Positions 1 through 8,532 of a stretch of 24,000 nucleotides of DNA are shown piece after piece. This stretch comes from Pectobacterium phage POP12. The translations under genes were made by a program, and so were the position numbers. How positions within the stretch are numbered: the first letter of the stretch is position 1; every line of letters starts with the position of its first letter. The DNA lies in the sequence record MT560058.1; one strand, given 5' to 3'. The notes beneath the pieces were generated by a model, which was not told the DNA's origin, made no database searches, and saw nothing but the letters and a program-made list of their open reading frames with translations.

Positions 1-967
1 AGTAAAATTCATCCGTGTTTCCGCCTTGAATTGATTGTGTAGTGACTTTTCCAGACAGGAAAGCATTGTATTGAATTGTACAAAAACCATCTTTCAATAC
101 ACGCAGAGACAGATCAGTATCTTCGTTATACCTTCCACGCCACCGATAAGGAGAATCATTCAATATCAACAAACAGCTATAGATCCGAGTATTCAGGACA
201 AAAGGCGGTAAGTATTTTTGAGGCTTTGCAAGAAATCTATAATTAGGCCCAGAAACCATTACATTACTGTATCGGTCTGTATGATCTTCCATAGCACGTA
301 ATGCAGCGCCTGAATCGCATGGGATTCGTTTATTTCCGTCAAGACGATAGAATATAGGCATGTTGTCGTCCATCACCCAATGACGCTTATAGCCGTGTTT
401 AATCGAATGGTAATATGCATAGTTCCTAGCAGCGCCTGGGCCTTTAGATTTACTATCACCTAATTCATCGCACGTATCGTACATGTCAAGAAATTCTTTC
501 GGTAGTTTCAGGATCGTAACATAATCCTTATCAACCTTGGATTGATACAAATCGAATTGATGCGATTCGACGATGATAAAATGCTTTACCTGATCCTGTA
601 CTAGTGTGTCGCTGGTTAGTCTGATATCAGCACGATTCTTTGATACGATATAAACAGGATATTTTGGCATAACATCAGGAGTACGGTCTGAAATGTATCT
701 TACAGATTCTCCTGAATTCTCCCGATCAGGAAACCATGTTGATTTTGTCTTGTCGGTTATCGTGTCTAATCCAGACAGTTCAATGAACGTTTTTACATCT
801 TCCGGCGAGTCAAAAATAACATCAATTTCGTGATAGCATTCAAGATGAGGTTCTGGATCGAAATGCGGCATACCTTGCCAGTGATCCCACGGACAATCGC
901 TATCTAAAAATCGATCATTTTTATAAACCATTTCACCATCAAGGTTTTTAATCTTTTCGTTTCTCAT
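1..967 (-). CDS. Putative TET/JBP-associated-type (TAGT-like) glycosyltransferase, C-terminus truncated by window edge
   Basis: Manual minus-strand translation from ATG at 967 is open to base 1 (about 322 codons): MRNEKIKNLDGEMVYKNDRFLDSDCPWDHWQGMPHFDPEPHLECYHEIDVIFDSPEDVKTF...ITDKTKSTWFPDRE...YPVYIVSKNRADIRLTSDTL...KGPGAARNYAYYHSIKHGYKRHWVMDDNMPIFYRL... The 'SKNRAD', 'GPGxARNxxxxHSIxxGxxRHWVMDDN' and 'RYNEDTDLSLRVLKDG' motifs resemble TAGT-type phage glycosyltransferases. Absent from the supplied ORF track, probably because it crosses the edge. Confidence 0.8.
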   Translation of the reverse strand, partial: MRNEKIKNLDGEMVYKNDRFLDSDCPWDHWQGMPHFDPEPHLECYHEIDVIFDSPEDVKTFIELSGLDTITDKTKSTWFPDRENSGESVRYISDRTPDVMPKYPVYIVSKNRADIRLTSDTLVQDQVKHFIIVESHQFDLYQSKVDKDYVTILKLPKEFLDMYDTCDELGDSKSKGPGAARNYAYYHSIKHGYKRHWVMDDNMPIFYRLDGNKRIPCDSGAALRAMEDHTDRYSNVMVSGPNYRFLAKPQKYLPPFVLNTRIYSCLLILNDSPYRWRGRYNEDTDLSLRVLKDGFCTIQYNAFLSGKVTTQSIQGGNTDEFY

Positions 968-978
968 ATAGTCCTAAT

Positions 979-1001
979 AAAAAAGCCTCCGAAGAGGCTT
1001 T
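979..1001 (-). terminator. Rho-independent terminator downstream of the VWA gene
   Basis: Minus strand reads AAAGCCTC-TTCG-GAGGCTTT followed by a T run: 8-bp stem, cUUCGg tetraloop, U tract (plus-strand A run 979-984). Confidence 0.85.
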
Positions 1002-1010
1002 AATTTTCGA

Positions 1011-3188
1011 TTAAATCTTCTGTTCTTTCTCTTCCAGAACAACTGAACAGTTGAACTCGAAGCCGTGTTTTTTGATAACCATTACAGGATTATCGAAATC
1101 AATATCGCTGAACCAGCCATGACCAACCACAACACCATACATGATTGTGGAAATTGTTCGTTCAAGTTCACGCACTTGATTAATCACGCGCTTGGTTTCT
1201 TTTTCCAAGAAATCGGCGATCTTGTCTTTAGGCATAGTTTCTACTAAAGATTTGAATTCGTCAATAGCCATCAGCATGATATGATCCGCTGCGTTAATTT
1301 TCTTGCCGGATGCTTTTTTAGCGATAGTCGCTTCAACAGCCGGAAGACTTGACAGTGTTTTGATCTTCACATTCAGTTCTTTCGACATATAAACGTCAGT
1401 CGATTCGGTTCGCTCGGTTTTTGGACTGAAACCATAATCACGAATACCGTTTTCAGACAGGAAGTTTGCTGCTTCTTCACCGTAGATTTTTTCAAACGCT
1501 ACCGCATTACGCAGGCCGATAACATTATCGCGATGATATTTCATCACCTTCTGGCGTGCTTTCAGAACTTGGAGATCTACCGCTGCTTCAACAAATTCCG
1601 CACCAGTAAAGCCTTTAGTCATCGCACGGTTTACCAACGGTAAGCTAGTAAAATCGACAACCACAGACATTTTATCGTCACCGATACGTTCCAGTGGCTT
1701 AATGACCAAACCAGCCGCACGGAGCTTTTTAAGCGTCTCGATACTGGTTTCTAGTGGCAACATCTTCATATTAACGATACCGTCTTTAACAACCGTATAG
1801 TTACGAACTTGTTTAGTATCGATGGTTGCCGGAAGACCATATTTTTCCTGAATGTTTTGAGGAATCGTAATATAGCCAAACAGATCGGTGTTGATTGAAA
1901 TGTTTGGACGGCTACCGTTAGTCACCATATGTTTCAGCAATACTTTCGTAGTAGTCTGCGTAAATTTAGGTGTCCATTCTTCATGAGAAACCAGTTTAGC
2001 CGCAAGTTCTTTACGTTCTTCTGCTGTAGTTGCATTACTGATTTGTTCAGACAGATCCGCAATTGTTGTATCTTCTTTCTGTACGGTTTTACGTCCAGTA
2101 CGATTGTAAGAGAAATATTCTGATTGCAGATCAACAACAGCATCCGATTCCGTCAGTTCCTGCAACGCTTGCAGCAATGTATATGCGTTTTCGTCTGGAA
2201 CCATGTTGTAATCAATACCGTCTACAAATCGTTTTTCTGGATTGACAACCGCTTCTGAAATTACATCTTTTGCGTTTGAGTAATCCTGTTTTGTAAAGCA
2301 GTTATCATACGTTTTGATCAGTCGAACGTCGCCAAGTTTTTGAAGAACTTTCCATGCAAGATCAGAATTCATCTGATTGACTGCATGATACAGGACAACA
2401 TAAAGCTGTTCATGTTCATTCGCGGTTACTTTGTCGATATCAGTGAATACATCAGCACCAATTGACCAAGCAGATTGAATGTGTTCAGGAATCAGAGCAA
2501 CACCGTTAGCAGCATTTACGGTACGAATAATGCCATCATCAATGAATACAACGTGAGTTGCATCGCCGACCTGCACTTCAATACGCTTAGATGTTTGCGC
2601 ACTAATGATCTCATCAAACGCAGGTTCGTACTGGTCGAAACCTTCAACAAATTTGTGGAGCGCGTTTGTTGCTTCCGCCATCTTTTCCAGCAACGGACGG
2701 TTTACATAATAACCGTATTCCATAAACGCAATGTTATTGAACGTAAGCGGTAATACAGTACATGCTTTCAGAATGTCTTGTTGCGACCAACAGTTATCAT
2801 AACCATCAGTAAGGAACAGAAGACTATTCAGATTACCGTTTTCTGCTTGCAGTTCTTCGCCGATTTTAGCAGCCAGTTGAAGAGGTTCTACAAAACCAGT
2901 GCAACCAGTAGGACGCAACCAACGGTCGATCCCTGCGTTGATTTCAGACAGATCAGACAGGGATTTAACTTCCTGACCAACAAAAACAGAACCGTACTGA
3001 CCACGGCTTGAGAAGTAAAGGATCGAAACTGTATCCTTTGCTTTAACCAGAGACGCAAGGTTGTTTTTCAGGTGATTTCTGATTTTTGGTAGTTCGTTGT
3101 ACATTGAACCAGACACATCACAAACAAAGATATGGTTTGTCGGCGTTGGTGTTGCAACTGCTTGTTTAAATTCAAGATTAGTAATCAT
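1011..3188 (-). CDS. von Willebrand factor A (VWA) domain protein
   Basis: Track ORF 1011..3200. MIDAS-like 'FVCDVSGSMYNELPKIRNHL' near the N-terminus and 'LLFLTDGYDNCWS'. Track start at 3200 is TTG; in-frame ATG (MITNLEFKQAV) is at 3188. Confidence 0.85.
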   Translation of the reverse strand: MITNLEFKQAVATPTPTNHIFVCDVSGSMYNELPKIRNHLKNNLASLVKAKDTVSILYFSSRGQYGSVFVGQEVKSLSDLSEINAGIDRWLRPTGCTGFVEPLQLAAKIGEELQAENGNLNSLLFLTDGYDNCWSQQDILKACTVLPLTFNNIAFMEYGYYVNRPLLEKMAEATNALHKFVEGFDQYEPAFDEIISAQTSKRIEVQVGDATHVVFIDDGIIRTVNAANGVALIPEHIQSAWSIGADVFTDIDKVTANEHEQLYVVLYHAVNQMNSDLAWKVLQKLGDVRLIKTYDNCFTKQDYSNAKDVISEAVVNPEKRFVDGIDYNMVPDENAYTLLQALQELTESDAVVDLQSEYFSYNRTGRKTVQKEDTTIADLSEQISNATTAEERKELAAKLVSHEEWTPKFTQTTTKVLLKHMVTNGSRPNISINTDLFGYITIPQNIQEKYGLPATIDTKQVRNYTVVKDGIVNMKMLPLETSIETLKKLRAAGLVIKPLERIGDDKMSVVVDFTSLPLVNRAMTKGFTGAEFVEAAVDLQVLKARQKVMKYHRDNVIGLRNAVAFEKIYGEEAANFLSENGIRDYGFSPKTERTESTDVYMSKELNVKIKTLSSLPAVEATIAKKASGKKINAADHIMLMAIDEFKSLVETMPKDKIADFLEKETKRVINQVRELERTISTIMYGVVVGHGWFSDIDFDNPVMVIKKHGFEFNCSVVLEEKEQKI

Positions 3189-3504
3189 TATATTTCTCAA
3201 CTATTTCGGATAATTTTTGATATGTATCAATTGTGTTAGGCTCTACGCCAAGTTTTGTACCAAGGAAACGAACAAGTTCTTCTTGTCCGTCAATTCCATG
3301 ACTATGCATGAATAAAGCATCAACCGCAATTGTATATCGATTCGGATTTTTAACTTGAACTAAAATTATAGTCGTTTTAAGCAATCCTAATGATTTCAAT
3401 TTTTGAGCAAGGCCATAAAAATTATAACCAGAGTTTTGATATATTTCAACCGATGGATGCACATCAAAAGGAAAAATCCTTGCAACTTCTACGATCTTAC
3501 GCAT
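3178..3504 (-). CDS. Hypothetical protein, 108 aa
   Basis: ORF track, minus strand, packed between neighbours with small overlaps. Confidence 0.65.
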   Translation of the reverse strand: MRKIVEVARIFPFDVHPSVEIYQNSGYNFYGLAQKLKSLGLLKTTIILVQVKNPNRYTIAVDALFMHSHGIDGQEELVRFLGTKLGVEPNTIDTYQKLSEIVEKYNDY

Positions 3505-4039
3505 TCACATCAACCACTTTAACATTTTTCAACGTTTTGATGATTGATTCATCTGCCGGATTGATAACGATTGTCTTTTTACTGGTTTTCACAGTCAAGT
3601 AACCATTAGGAGCAACAAACAGAACTTCGTAATCTTCTTTACGATTTGGACTTTTGATTACTTCGATGGTGTCGCCAACTTCAATAGGTTTCGGAACATC
3701 GACATATTCTTTTTTCTGAACAGTCAATTCAAGTTGACCTTTACGATGGTTGAAAAGTTGCAAAAGTTTCTTGTCGAATTTCAGATTTTGGTCGCTTAAT
3801 TCTTCGACAAGACCAATAGAAGACATATACGCCTCTTGGTGAACCGTTCCGCATTTTACTTTAAGAACAACATCCAAAGATGATACATCGTTTGAAGCTG
3901 CGATGATACACAACAAACCAGAACGGCTGTATGCGATTTGATTCACTTTGAAATGAGACGCACCGTATTGAATGACATCATCGATTTTCAAAGGGCGTGA
4001 ATTTTGTGCTTCTTTTACGATTTTGTATAATTGTTTCAT
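3497..4039 (-). CDS. Hypothetical protein, 180 aa, with SH3/KOW-like C-terminal segment
   Basis: ORF track. C-terminal 'IEVGDTIEVIKSPNRKEDYEVLFVAPNGYLTVKTSKKTIVINPADESI' looks like a small beta-barrel. Confidence 0.65.
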   Translation of the reverse strand: MKQLYKIVKEAQNSRPLKIDDVIQYGASHFKVNQIAYSRSGLLCIIAASNDVSSLDVVLKVKCGTVHQEAYMSSIGLVEELSDQNLKFDKKLLQLFNHRKGQLELTVQKKEYVDVPKPIEVGDTIEVIKSPNRKEDYEVLFVAPNGYLTVKTSKKTIVINPADESIIKTLKNVKVVDVNA

Positions 4040-4296
4040 GACTGTAAAACCTTTTCAACTGTTAAGATGTCTCGAACCGGATTATCTTCATACTTTGCAT
4101 GATAATAATCAGAATCGACCTCATAGGTATTGACGTTAACGCCATCTTTCCATTCGCGGAAAATGATATATTCTCGCGTGTTTTCGTCTCGTTTAATGCA
4201 TTGATTTATTTCTTCAACAAGTTTTTCTAACTCATTTACGCTATGCAGAACGCTTCCTTCATAGCGCATGTAAAATTCAACCGACCACATCAGCAT
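4036..4296 (-). CDS. Hypothetical protein, 86 aa, probable paralog of next gene
   Basis: ORF track. 'YEGSVLHSVNELEKLVEEINQCIKR' matches 'YCGSQIIATATDLEKVVELTNEYIKH' of 4277..4522. Start may be the third codon (ATG at 4290), which gives better spacing to GAGG. Confidence 0.65.
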   Translation of the reverse strand: MLMWSVEFYMRYEGSVLHSVNELEKLVEEINQCIKRDENTREYIIFREWKDGVNVNTYEVDSDYYHAKYEDNPVRDILTVEKVLQS

Positions 4297-4522
4297 TTTC
4301 CTCTATCTGTTTTACTGATATTGTATTTTTGTAACCATCGAGAACAATGGTACTGCGTGAAATCAATATACCTGATTCAGACCACGTTGTAAACTCAATT
4401 TCATCAAGATTTCGATGTTTAATGTATTCATTTGTGAGTTCAACAACCTTTTCAAGATCGGTAGCTGTTGCGATTATTTGAGAACCGCAGTAATCAATAC
4501 TCGCGATAGCAGTAAAGATCAT
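4277..4522 (-). CDS. Hypothetical protein, 81 aa, probable paralog of 4036..4296
   Basis: ORF track. Shares the 'yxGSxxxxxxxLEKxVExxNxxIKx' core with its neighbour. Confidence 0.65.
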   Translation of the reverse strand: MIFTAIASIDYCGSQIIATATDLEKVVELTNEYIKHRNLDEIEFTTWSESGILISRSTIVLDGYKNTISVKQIEENADVVG

Positions 4523-4692
4523 AACGTTATTTCCTGTTCAGATACGGTTTCATAGTCGCATCGTAATGTAATTTTAAGTGTCTTGACGTCTTCCCAGCCA
4601 CTAGAACCAATTTCTTGTTGTGTAGTGATTTCAACGTCAAGAGTTATATTTTCTTTGATCCAGTCGGTCATTTCTCGCGTGTTAATGTTCAT
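4519..4692 (-). CDS. Hypothetical small protein, 57 aa
   Basis: Track ORF 4519..4728. Internal ATG at 4692 (MNINTREMTDWIKENITLDVEIT...) reduces the overlap with the upstream gene and has AAAGGCGA upstream. Confidence 0.5.
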   Translation of the reverse strand: MNINTREMTDWIKENITLDVEITTQQEIGSSGWEDVKTLKITLRCDYETVSEQEITL

Positions 4693-4705
4693 AAGTCGCC
4701 TTTCG

Positions 4706-4933
4706 CTAATGTTGAAGATACAAAACACTTCGTTGAACGTCCATCAAAAGATCTATTCCTTTACTAGAAAGAACTAAAATACGATCACAATTTTTTAGTG
4801 GACTAACGAAACTAAATTGAACATAACCATCATCAACCAAGGAATGCAATGATTTGTCTTTCATCAACATTTCAACAGTAAGGACACCGTTCAGGATTTC
4901 CAGACAATGATTTGCGATTTCGCAATTATTCAT
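4706..4933 (-). CDS. Hypothetical protein, 75 aa
   Basis: ORF track, overlaps stop of upstream gene at ATGA (4930-4933). Confidence 0.55.
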   Translation of the reverse strand: MNNCEIANHCLEILNGVLTVEMLMKDKSLHSLVDDGYVQFSFVSPLKNCDRILVLSSKGIDLLMDVQRSVLYLQH

Positions 4934-5328
4934 TCTTCATAGTCCCAAGACGGCAAATAAGCAACGTAATTTGTCATCCAATCAGAATCAAATAATTTTT
5001 GATCGGCTGGATCTGAGAATACACCAGCAACGATTTCTTTTTGGAATTTGATTGCATCTTCTTCTGTCTTAAACAGGCGGTTGAGATTATAAGGCTGCTG
5101 ATCGTCTTCAAAGATACCGCGATCACGATGACTGAAATAGCTTTGTCGTGTCTCTCCTTTATAGGTTTCGAACATACTAAAAAATTGAGGATTTTCAGGA
5201 TCTCGTTCAATAATTTTATATCTCGAAATGTTGCTTCCGATAGTCTTAGAAGAAACAAAACGACCATAGACGCTATAGAAAACCGCATTAGGTACGATAT
5301 CGCTTAATTTTACTTTCATTGAATCCAT
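4930..5328 (-). CDS. Hypothetical protein, 132 aa
   Basis: ORF track, ATG start, coupled to neighbours. Confidence 0.65.
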   Translation of the reverse strand: MDSMKVKLSDIVPNAVFYSVYGRFVSSKTIGSNISRYKIIERDPENPQFFSMFETYKGETRQSYFSHRDRGIFEDDQQPYNLNRLFKTEEDAIKFQKEIVAGVFSDPADQKLFDSDWMTNYVAYLPSWDYEE

Positions 5329-5462
5329 GCTCCATTAACATCGATGTATGCAATCCAATCAGCAACTGTCCACTTTGACGTGTCTCCTTTTGGATATGCG
5401 ACTTGATAACTACCGTTTTTATACAGGACTCGTTTTACACTGTCAAGAATTACTTCACTCAT
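5316..5462 (-). CDS. Hypothetical small protein, 48 aa, not in ORF track
   Basis: Manual translation MSEVILDSVKRVLYKNGSYQVAYPKGDTSKWTVADWIAYIDVNGAWIQ*, start ATG 5462..5460, with GAGG about 8 nt upstream. Stop overlaps start of 4930..5328. Below the 60-aa cutoff of the track. Confidence 0.65.
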   Translation of the reverse strand: MSEVILDSVKRVLYKNGSYQVAYPKGDTSKWTVADWIAYIDVNGAWIQ

Positions 5463-5477
5463 AATAACTTCCTCATG

Positions 5478-5504
5478 AAAAAGGGTAGCCGTTATTAGCT
5501 ACCC
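5478..5504 (-). terminator. Rho-independent terminator downstream of 5513..6067
   Basis: Minus strand GGGTAGC-TAATAACG-GCTACCC-TTTTT: 7-bp perfect stem (5483-5489 / 5498-5504) and U5 tract. Confidence 0.8.
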
Positions 5505-5512
5505 TGATTTTA

Positions 5513-6067
5513 TTACTTCATTTTGCGAGTAGGGAACTGGTTGAACAGTTTACCTAGTTTAGAAACGTTGACGATCATCTGAGTTTTCCAGCGAGAAACT
5601 TCTTCGCCTTTGGTAACAGTCAGAACCGATTCATTCCAAATGAAATTACCGCTTAACTCTGCTTTATCCGCATCACCAATTTTACCGATCAGTTTGCAGA
5701 TATAAGCATCGTAGGATTCACTAGCCATTTCACGACAGCGATTGACAAAGTGCTCTACCGCTTCTTGGTTTTCGATACGATATTCAGGATCGTTCATTCT
5801 TGGACAAACTACGGTACGTTCAGGATCTCGACTAGTCAACATACGAACGAAGCTGTAATGTCCTTTCTTTTCTGCATAATCAGCGCGACCAAATCCAGAC
5901 ATAGGATATGGTGCGGTTACTTGTGCATCCATATCGTTTTCTTTCAGTTCAGCAATCACATCAGCAACACGAACACGCGCCGCTTTTTCTGCTTTATCCA
6001 TTGCGTCAGCGCGTAAAGGTTCAACAGCCAGTGCAACAGGGTGGTTTTGATTATATGCAGTTTTCAT
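5513..6067 (-). CDS. Hypothetical protein, 184 aa, probable monocistronic unit
   Basis: ORF track. Promoter-like sequence upstream, terminator immediately downstream, GAGG ahead of ATG. Confidence 0.75.
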   Translation of the reverse strand: MKTAYNQNHPVALAVEPLRADAMDKAEKAARVRVADVIAELKENDMDAQVTAPYPMSGFGRADYAEKKGHYSFVRMLTSRDPERTVVCPRMNDPEYRIENQEAVEHFVNRCREMASESYDAYICKLIGKIGDADKAELSGNFIWNESVLTVTKGEEVSRWKTQMIVNVSKLGKLFNQFPTRKMK

Positions 6068-6090
6068 TTTGAAATCCTCGGTTCGTTTTG

Positions 6091-6109
6091 TTTCGATGAG
6101 GTAATCATA
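6091..6109 (-). promoter_or_regulatory. Candidate promoter/5' leader motif (copy 1)
   Basis: Minus strand TATGATTACCTCATCGAAA. A TTGAAT-like hexamer lies 16 nt upstream of TATGAT. 16/19 match to 19113..19131. Confidence 0.4.
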
Positions 6110-6149
6110 TCAAACCAGACCAAGGATTCAAGAAATATTTTCGGTTTTT

Positions 6150-7094
6150 TCAAAAATTAATTTTGTTCAGGAGGGTTTTCAAGATCCGCAATCGGTTTAC
6201 CTCATCTTCGCCTAAAATAACAGACGCTTCACCGCCGATAACATATTGAATATCAACTGGATTATTTTTATCATCGAATTTGACGCTAATGAAATCGTCT
6301 TCAATACTTGATTTCACTTCAACAATTTTTTCCTTTGGTTTGATCACAAACTTTTCTTTTGGTTTGACTTCAATAAGCATGTCATAAGGACTTTTCAAAT
6401 TGATCAAGCACGATACAGGTATTCCCGTAAGTTTTTGAATAATTTTACTTAGATCATTGGCGAGTAATTGAAGATTAACATCATCGAGTCGTCTGCTCAC
6501 TGTATTTCCAAACATCTTCAATGCAGCGGTTTCAACAAGAGCATATTGATTTTGAGTAAAATCTGTATCTTTAACTAAAATTTCTATATTCATTTTTGGA
6601 TCATATTTTTTGCTAACTGTAGTGATAATTGGATCGGCGGTTAAGTCAAAATAAAAATTGATCGGTTTTCCTGTTTTTTGAAGAATCCATGCTTCTGCAT
6701 TGTTTCGAGTTTCTACGGCATTCTTATTTCTTTCAATATTCTTTTCCAAGAAAAATCTTAGAGCGCATTTCTCTCCACCAGTCAATATTTCATTCTTATC
6801 GTCGATAGTGAATTTCAATGATGTTCCTCTGGCGGATTTCAGTCGTAGCGTAACACTCATATCGTTTCCGTAAAAATCCAACAAACAATCAACGAGAATG
6901 TTGTAAGACTGCTTCAACAGATGCTCCATGTTTTTAGACATGGTTAATGATTTTTCGCTAGTTATTTTCTTTCCTAAATGTTCGATATCAACATATCGAG
7001 AAGAAAATTCAGGATAGTGGAATTCACAATATGTTCTGAATTCATGAGTTCTTGATGCGTTAAGAACACCTTCTTTGTCTACGATTTTAATCAT
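6150..7094 (-). CDS. Hypothetical protein, 314 aa
   Basis: ORF track, minus strand, ATG start. Confidence 0.7.
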   Translation of the reverse strand: MIKIVDKEGVLNASRTHEFRTYCEFHYPEFSSRYVDIEHLGKKITSEKSLTMSKNMEHLLKQSYNILVDCLLDFYGNDMSVTLRLKSARGTSLKFTIDDKNEILTGGEKCALRFFLEKNIERNKNAVETRNNAEAWILQKTGKPINFYFDLTADPIITTVSKKYDPKMNIEILVKDTDFTQNQYALVETAALKMFGNTVSRRLDDVNLQLLANDLSKIIQKLTGIPVSCLINLKSPYDMLIEVKPKEKFVIKPKEKIVEVKSSIEDDFISVKFDDKNNPVDIQYVIGGEASVILGEDEVNRLRILKTLLNKINF

Positions 7095-7103
7095 AGCATT
7101 TCC

Positions 7104-7346
7104 TTAATCAATTTGTATATGGACATAGATCCGAGTTCCGTTATTCAGAACAAAATCAGTATCATATGAATATTGAGCGTATTTCATAGGCTGATTACTC
7201 ACCCATACGCGATAAACATCATGCTTGCAATGTCGTATGATGTTGGAAGTATGGTTTTTGATATACTTCCTTTGTTTACCTGTAAGATAATGAAATTTTT
7301 CATCCACCATCTTACACATAGCAGTAAAGCAAGAATCGTTCATCAT
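7104..7346 (-). CDS. Hypothetical protein, 80 aa
   Basis: ORF track; start overlaps stop of the nucleotidyltransferase gene. Confidence 0.6.
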   Translation of the reverse strand: MMNDSCFTAMCKMVDEKFHYLTGKQRKYIKNHTSNIIRHCKHDVYRVWVSNQPMKYAQYSYDTDFVLNNGTRIYVHIQID

Positions 7347-8338
7347 TTATAATACCGTAAACAATGCGACTGGTAAACATTTTCGACAAAGTTTTCCCAG
7401 AATTCTCGGTCTACTTGCTTCGGATAATCAGATACAGCAGCAAGTTTTTCAACTTTTTGCATTGTCGTCTCTAAAATTTCCTGTACGTCTTTGAAAGGAA
7501 GTTCGCCTTTTTTGACCTTTAGGATCGTTTCTGTATGCTCAAGAGGATATTCAATTGTACCTAGTTCAAAGATACTAATCAACTGGTATCCACCACGAAC
7601 AGCATGTGATAACGCTTTCCAATCTATACCCTGATTTTGTTCAGCCTGACGTGCTCTTGCGCCATATTCATTCCAGATTTTTAGTAACGATGATTCCATT
7701 TCTTTGATGTCAATCGTAGTTTGATACTTGCGACCTAACACTTCATAGAAAATCTGATTACCGCAACTTTCCGATTCCTGAAAAGCCATTACACAGAATT
7801 CGTTTCTAGGAAGATATTGTGTTATTTGGCCTACCTTTTCAAACTTGTAAGGATTTTCGACGTTAAGACTATAAATCTTATCCAAAACCTGACGCAGTGC
7901 AGCCATCCGAGATCCTTTAACGCCGTATTTTGCAGCCTGTTTACGCACATAACCAAACAGTCCAGTTAGTTCTGTAGTATAGAAACGATGACGGTTTTTA
8001 ACGATGAAGTCCCATTCAGGAGAACTATTCACCAGCATGTTATTAGGACAATGCAACATGTCAATAGCCATTGTATCGCCATCACAAGCAAGTTTAATGA
8101 ACTTATGCAGGCTGTAGAAATCAACGTCAGTATCATTGACGGTGTTCTTACTACCTGAATTCCCGCTTGAGAAGCTGATAGCGCTCTTTACGTTGCCTAA
8201 TAGTATATCTCTTGGTTCTGGAAGATAAATCCCTTTGTAGTCCTTGTCAGACGTTTCTGTTGCCAGTCCGTACATGTGACTGCCAAAAACCATATGAACA
8301 ATCTTATTCAATTCAAGTATCCTTTTCTTTATTACCAA
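7343..8338 (-). CDS. Predicted nucleotidyltransferase (COG3541/YcgL-like, pol-beta superfamily)
   Basis: 'VFGSHMYGLATETSDKDYKGIYLP' plus 'NDTDVDFYSLHKFIKL': GS...YG and Asp residues of an MNT-type nucleotidyltransferase core. Confidence 0.82.
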   Translation of the reverse strand: MVIKKRILELNKIVHMVFGSHMYGLATETSDKDYKGIYLPEPRDILLGNVKSAISFSSGNSGSKNTVNDTDVDFYSLHKFIKLACDGDTMAIDMLHCPNNMLVNSSPEWDFIVKNRHRFYTTELTGLFGYVRKQAAKYGVKGSRMAALRQVLDKIYSLNVENPYKFEKVGQITQYLPRNEFCVMAFQESESCGNQIFYEVLGRKYQTTIDIKEMESSLLKIWNEYGARARQAEQNQGIDWKALSHAVRGGYQLISIFELGTIEYPLEHTETILKVKKGELPFKDVQEILETTMQKVEKLAAVSDYPKQVDREFWENFVENVYQSHCLRYYK

Positions 8339-8349
8339 AATAGTATTTG

Positions 8350-8532
8350 TTAACCAACTTCAAACTCATTATCGCGTTCTTGTTCTGGATATGGTGTAGG
8401 AAACCAATCGCATTTCATTTCACAGCAATAATACCCACTTCTTTGGTTAATTTCGCGTAACACAGCTTTACGGTGTTTTACGATCCTTTGAGGTGACATT
8501 TTCGCTAATAGTTCTTCTGTTAAGATTTTCAT
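8350..8532 (-). CDS. Hypothetical protein, 60 aa
   Basis: ORF track; coupled at 8529-8532. Confidence 0.5.
   Translation of the reverse strand: MKILTEELLAKMSPQRIVKHRKAVLREINQRSGYYCCEMKCDWFPTPYPEQERDNEFEVG

Noticed and set aside
1-967. Apparent non-coding region at left end (no track ORF)
   Set aside because: Manual translation shows a continuous 322-codon minus-strand frame; the gap arises from edge handling.
7343-8338. Nucleotidyltransferase as half of an MNT/HEPN toxin-antitoxin pair
   Set aside because: Neighbouring small proteins (7104..7346, 8350..8532) lack an obvious HEPN Rx4-6H motif and helical character, so this remains unsupported.
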